Shown here piece after piece: positions 35,532-36,293 of a DNA stretch of 36,293 nt (its first letter is position 1; the number at the start of each line of letters is the position of its first letter). A program made the position numbers and the translations under genes. A model generated the notes under the pieces. That model did not search any database, was not told the DNA's origin, and saw only the letters and a program-made list of their open reading frames with translations. Source of the stretch: Naegleria gruberi (Eukaryota). The stretch lies in assembly GCA_000004985.1 (NCBI GenBank), contig GG739232.1; one strand, given 5' to 3'.

Positions 35532-35595
35532 ATACTGTTCATTTTATGAAATAAACTGTATTTTATTTATTACAGTTATTTGTAATACACAGTAT
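35532..35595. repeat. Nested inverted repeats. Outer pair atactgt (35532-35538) / acagtat (35589-35595). Inner pair aactgta (35554-35560) / tacagtt (35571-35577). The inner loop is ttttatttat.
   Basis: Seen directly: four ACTGT/ACAGT copies in mirror arrangement. On the minus strand the inner loop reads AATAAATAAAA. Confidence 0.5.
35562..35571 (-). promoter_or_regulatory. Two overlapping AATAAA hexamers on the minus strand, about 165 nt downstream of the 35733 stop. Candidate poly(A) signal for the 35733..36293 gene.
   Basis: Plus-strand tttatt at 35562-35567 and 35566-35571. It sits inside the loop of the inner inverted repeat. Confidence 0.3.
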
Positions 35596-35732
35596 CTCTG
35601 CGGATGGATCTTTTATTATGAGTCTTAAACACGATAATTAGCTCGTTCCTTTTTTAGAGGTTTCAAGGGTTCTTCGCTTGGAAATTCCTTTTCTTAATTG
35701 TAACTGTTATTCATCATAGATATTATTTATTA

Positions 35733-36293
35733 TTATTTGGATAGGAGAGTTTCACAAATGTCTTGGTCAATTTGGTTATATTTCAACAAGACTTCTAAAA
35801 TGAGAATAATCTTTTTGAGGGAAGGTCTTTGGTTAGGATTCAGTCTTGTCATTTGTTGGAGGAGACCAATTAAGAGTTGTTCATTTTGATGTGAACAGTA
35901 GTAAAAGGATTTTTTTAACTTTTCCATATTTGGTGTAGTATTTAAGGAAGTTTCATTGGATGCATTGAATGGAGTTGAGGAGGAAGGGTTGATTCTTTCA
36001 GAGCTTGGAGGAGAAGCCAAGAGAGAGGAAGCAGACATTGGAGAACTTGTTTCAGAGCTTGAAATTTTGACGAAACCATCCGAATGGTGATTAATGGAAG
36101 AATTGTTGGAAGGATTATGAAGTCTTGGAGAGATTAAGTGAGGAATAGCTTCACTCTTCAATAAACTCATGTGAATTTTGGAAGCCATGATTTGATGAGT
36201 GAGTTTTTCATCTCTTGAGATTGCTTCCTCAATCGAAACATATTCGAAATTTGTTGCATTGGTTTGAATAGTTGCACTTTCTAAATTATTTCC
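35733..36293 (-). CDS. C-terminal portion (5'-truncated at window end) of a Ser/Asn/Pro-rich protein. Stop TAA at 35733-35735.
   Basis: The track ORF 35733..36188 starts at an internal ATG. My translation of 36189..36293 in the same frame gives GNNLESATIQTNATNFEYVSIEEAISRDEKLTHQI with no stop, so the ORF runs off the window. A low-complexity S/N/P stretch is followed by a more structured tail: ...QLLIGLLQQMTRLNPNQRPSLKKIILILEVLLKYNQIDQDICETLLSK. Confidence 0.45.
   Translation of the reverse strand, partial: GNNLESATIQTNATNFEYVSIEEAISRDEKLTHQIMASKIHMSLLKSEAIPHLISPRLHNPSNNSSINHHSDGFVKISSSETSSPMSASSLLASPPSSERINPSSSTPFNASNETSLNTTPNMEKLKKSFYYCSHQNEQLLIGLLQQMTRLNPNQRPSLKKIILILEVLLKYNQIDQDICETLLSK

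Larger units (their letters stand above)
35420..35732 (-). promoter_or_regulatory. 313-bp intergenic spacer between two same-strand (minus) genes. It should hold the 3'UTR and poly(A) site of the upstream gene and the promoter/5'UTR of the downstream gene.
   Basis: It is bounded by stop TAA (35733-35735, minus) and ATG (35417-35419, minus). The spacer is AT-rich. Confidence 0.4.

Noticed and set aside
1-36293. Prokaryotic accessory-region interpretation (defence island, CRISPR, mobile element)
   Set aside because: There are no direct-repeat/spacer arrays, no integrase/transposase-like ORFs and no bacterial operon structure in the real sequence. The composition and signals are eukaryotic.

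Overview
About 91% of this window (1525..34576, 33,052 nt) is a continuous run of N. Only about 3.2 kb is real sequence: 1..1524 and 34577..36293. The giant 'ORFs' in the six-frame track (1492..34677, 1514..35419, 1504..34608) are artefacts of translating N as X. The real sequence is AT-rich, and the coding parts use a eukaryotic, possibly nematode-like, codon set. There is AATAAA shortly after a stop and an A-rich AAAA-ATG start context. There are no CRISPR, rRNA or tRNA signatures. I read it as a eukaryotic nuclear locus with four protein-coding segments, all truncated by the gap or the window edge. (1) 2..628 (+) is the C-terminal part of a Lys-rich protein with a 9-Cys CXC-type cluster. 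(2) 921..1524 (-) is a DUF1279/FAM210-like protein whose 5' end runs into the gap. (3) 34577..35419 (-) is the N-terminal 281 aa of an unrecognised protein whose 3' part runs into the gap. (4) 35733..36293 (-) is the C-terminal part of a Ser/Asn-rich protein running off the window end. The real sequence also contains a few small repeat or palindromic elements in intergenic regions. I cannot support any 'novel system' claim. Whatever occupies the 33 kb gap is invisible here.
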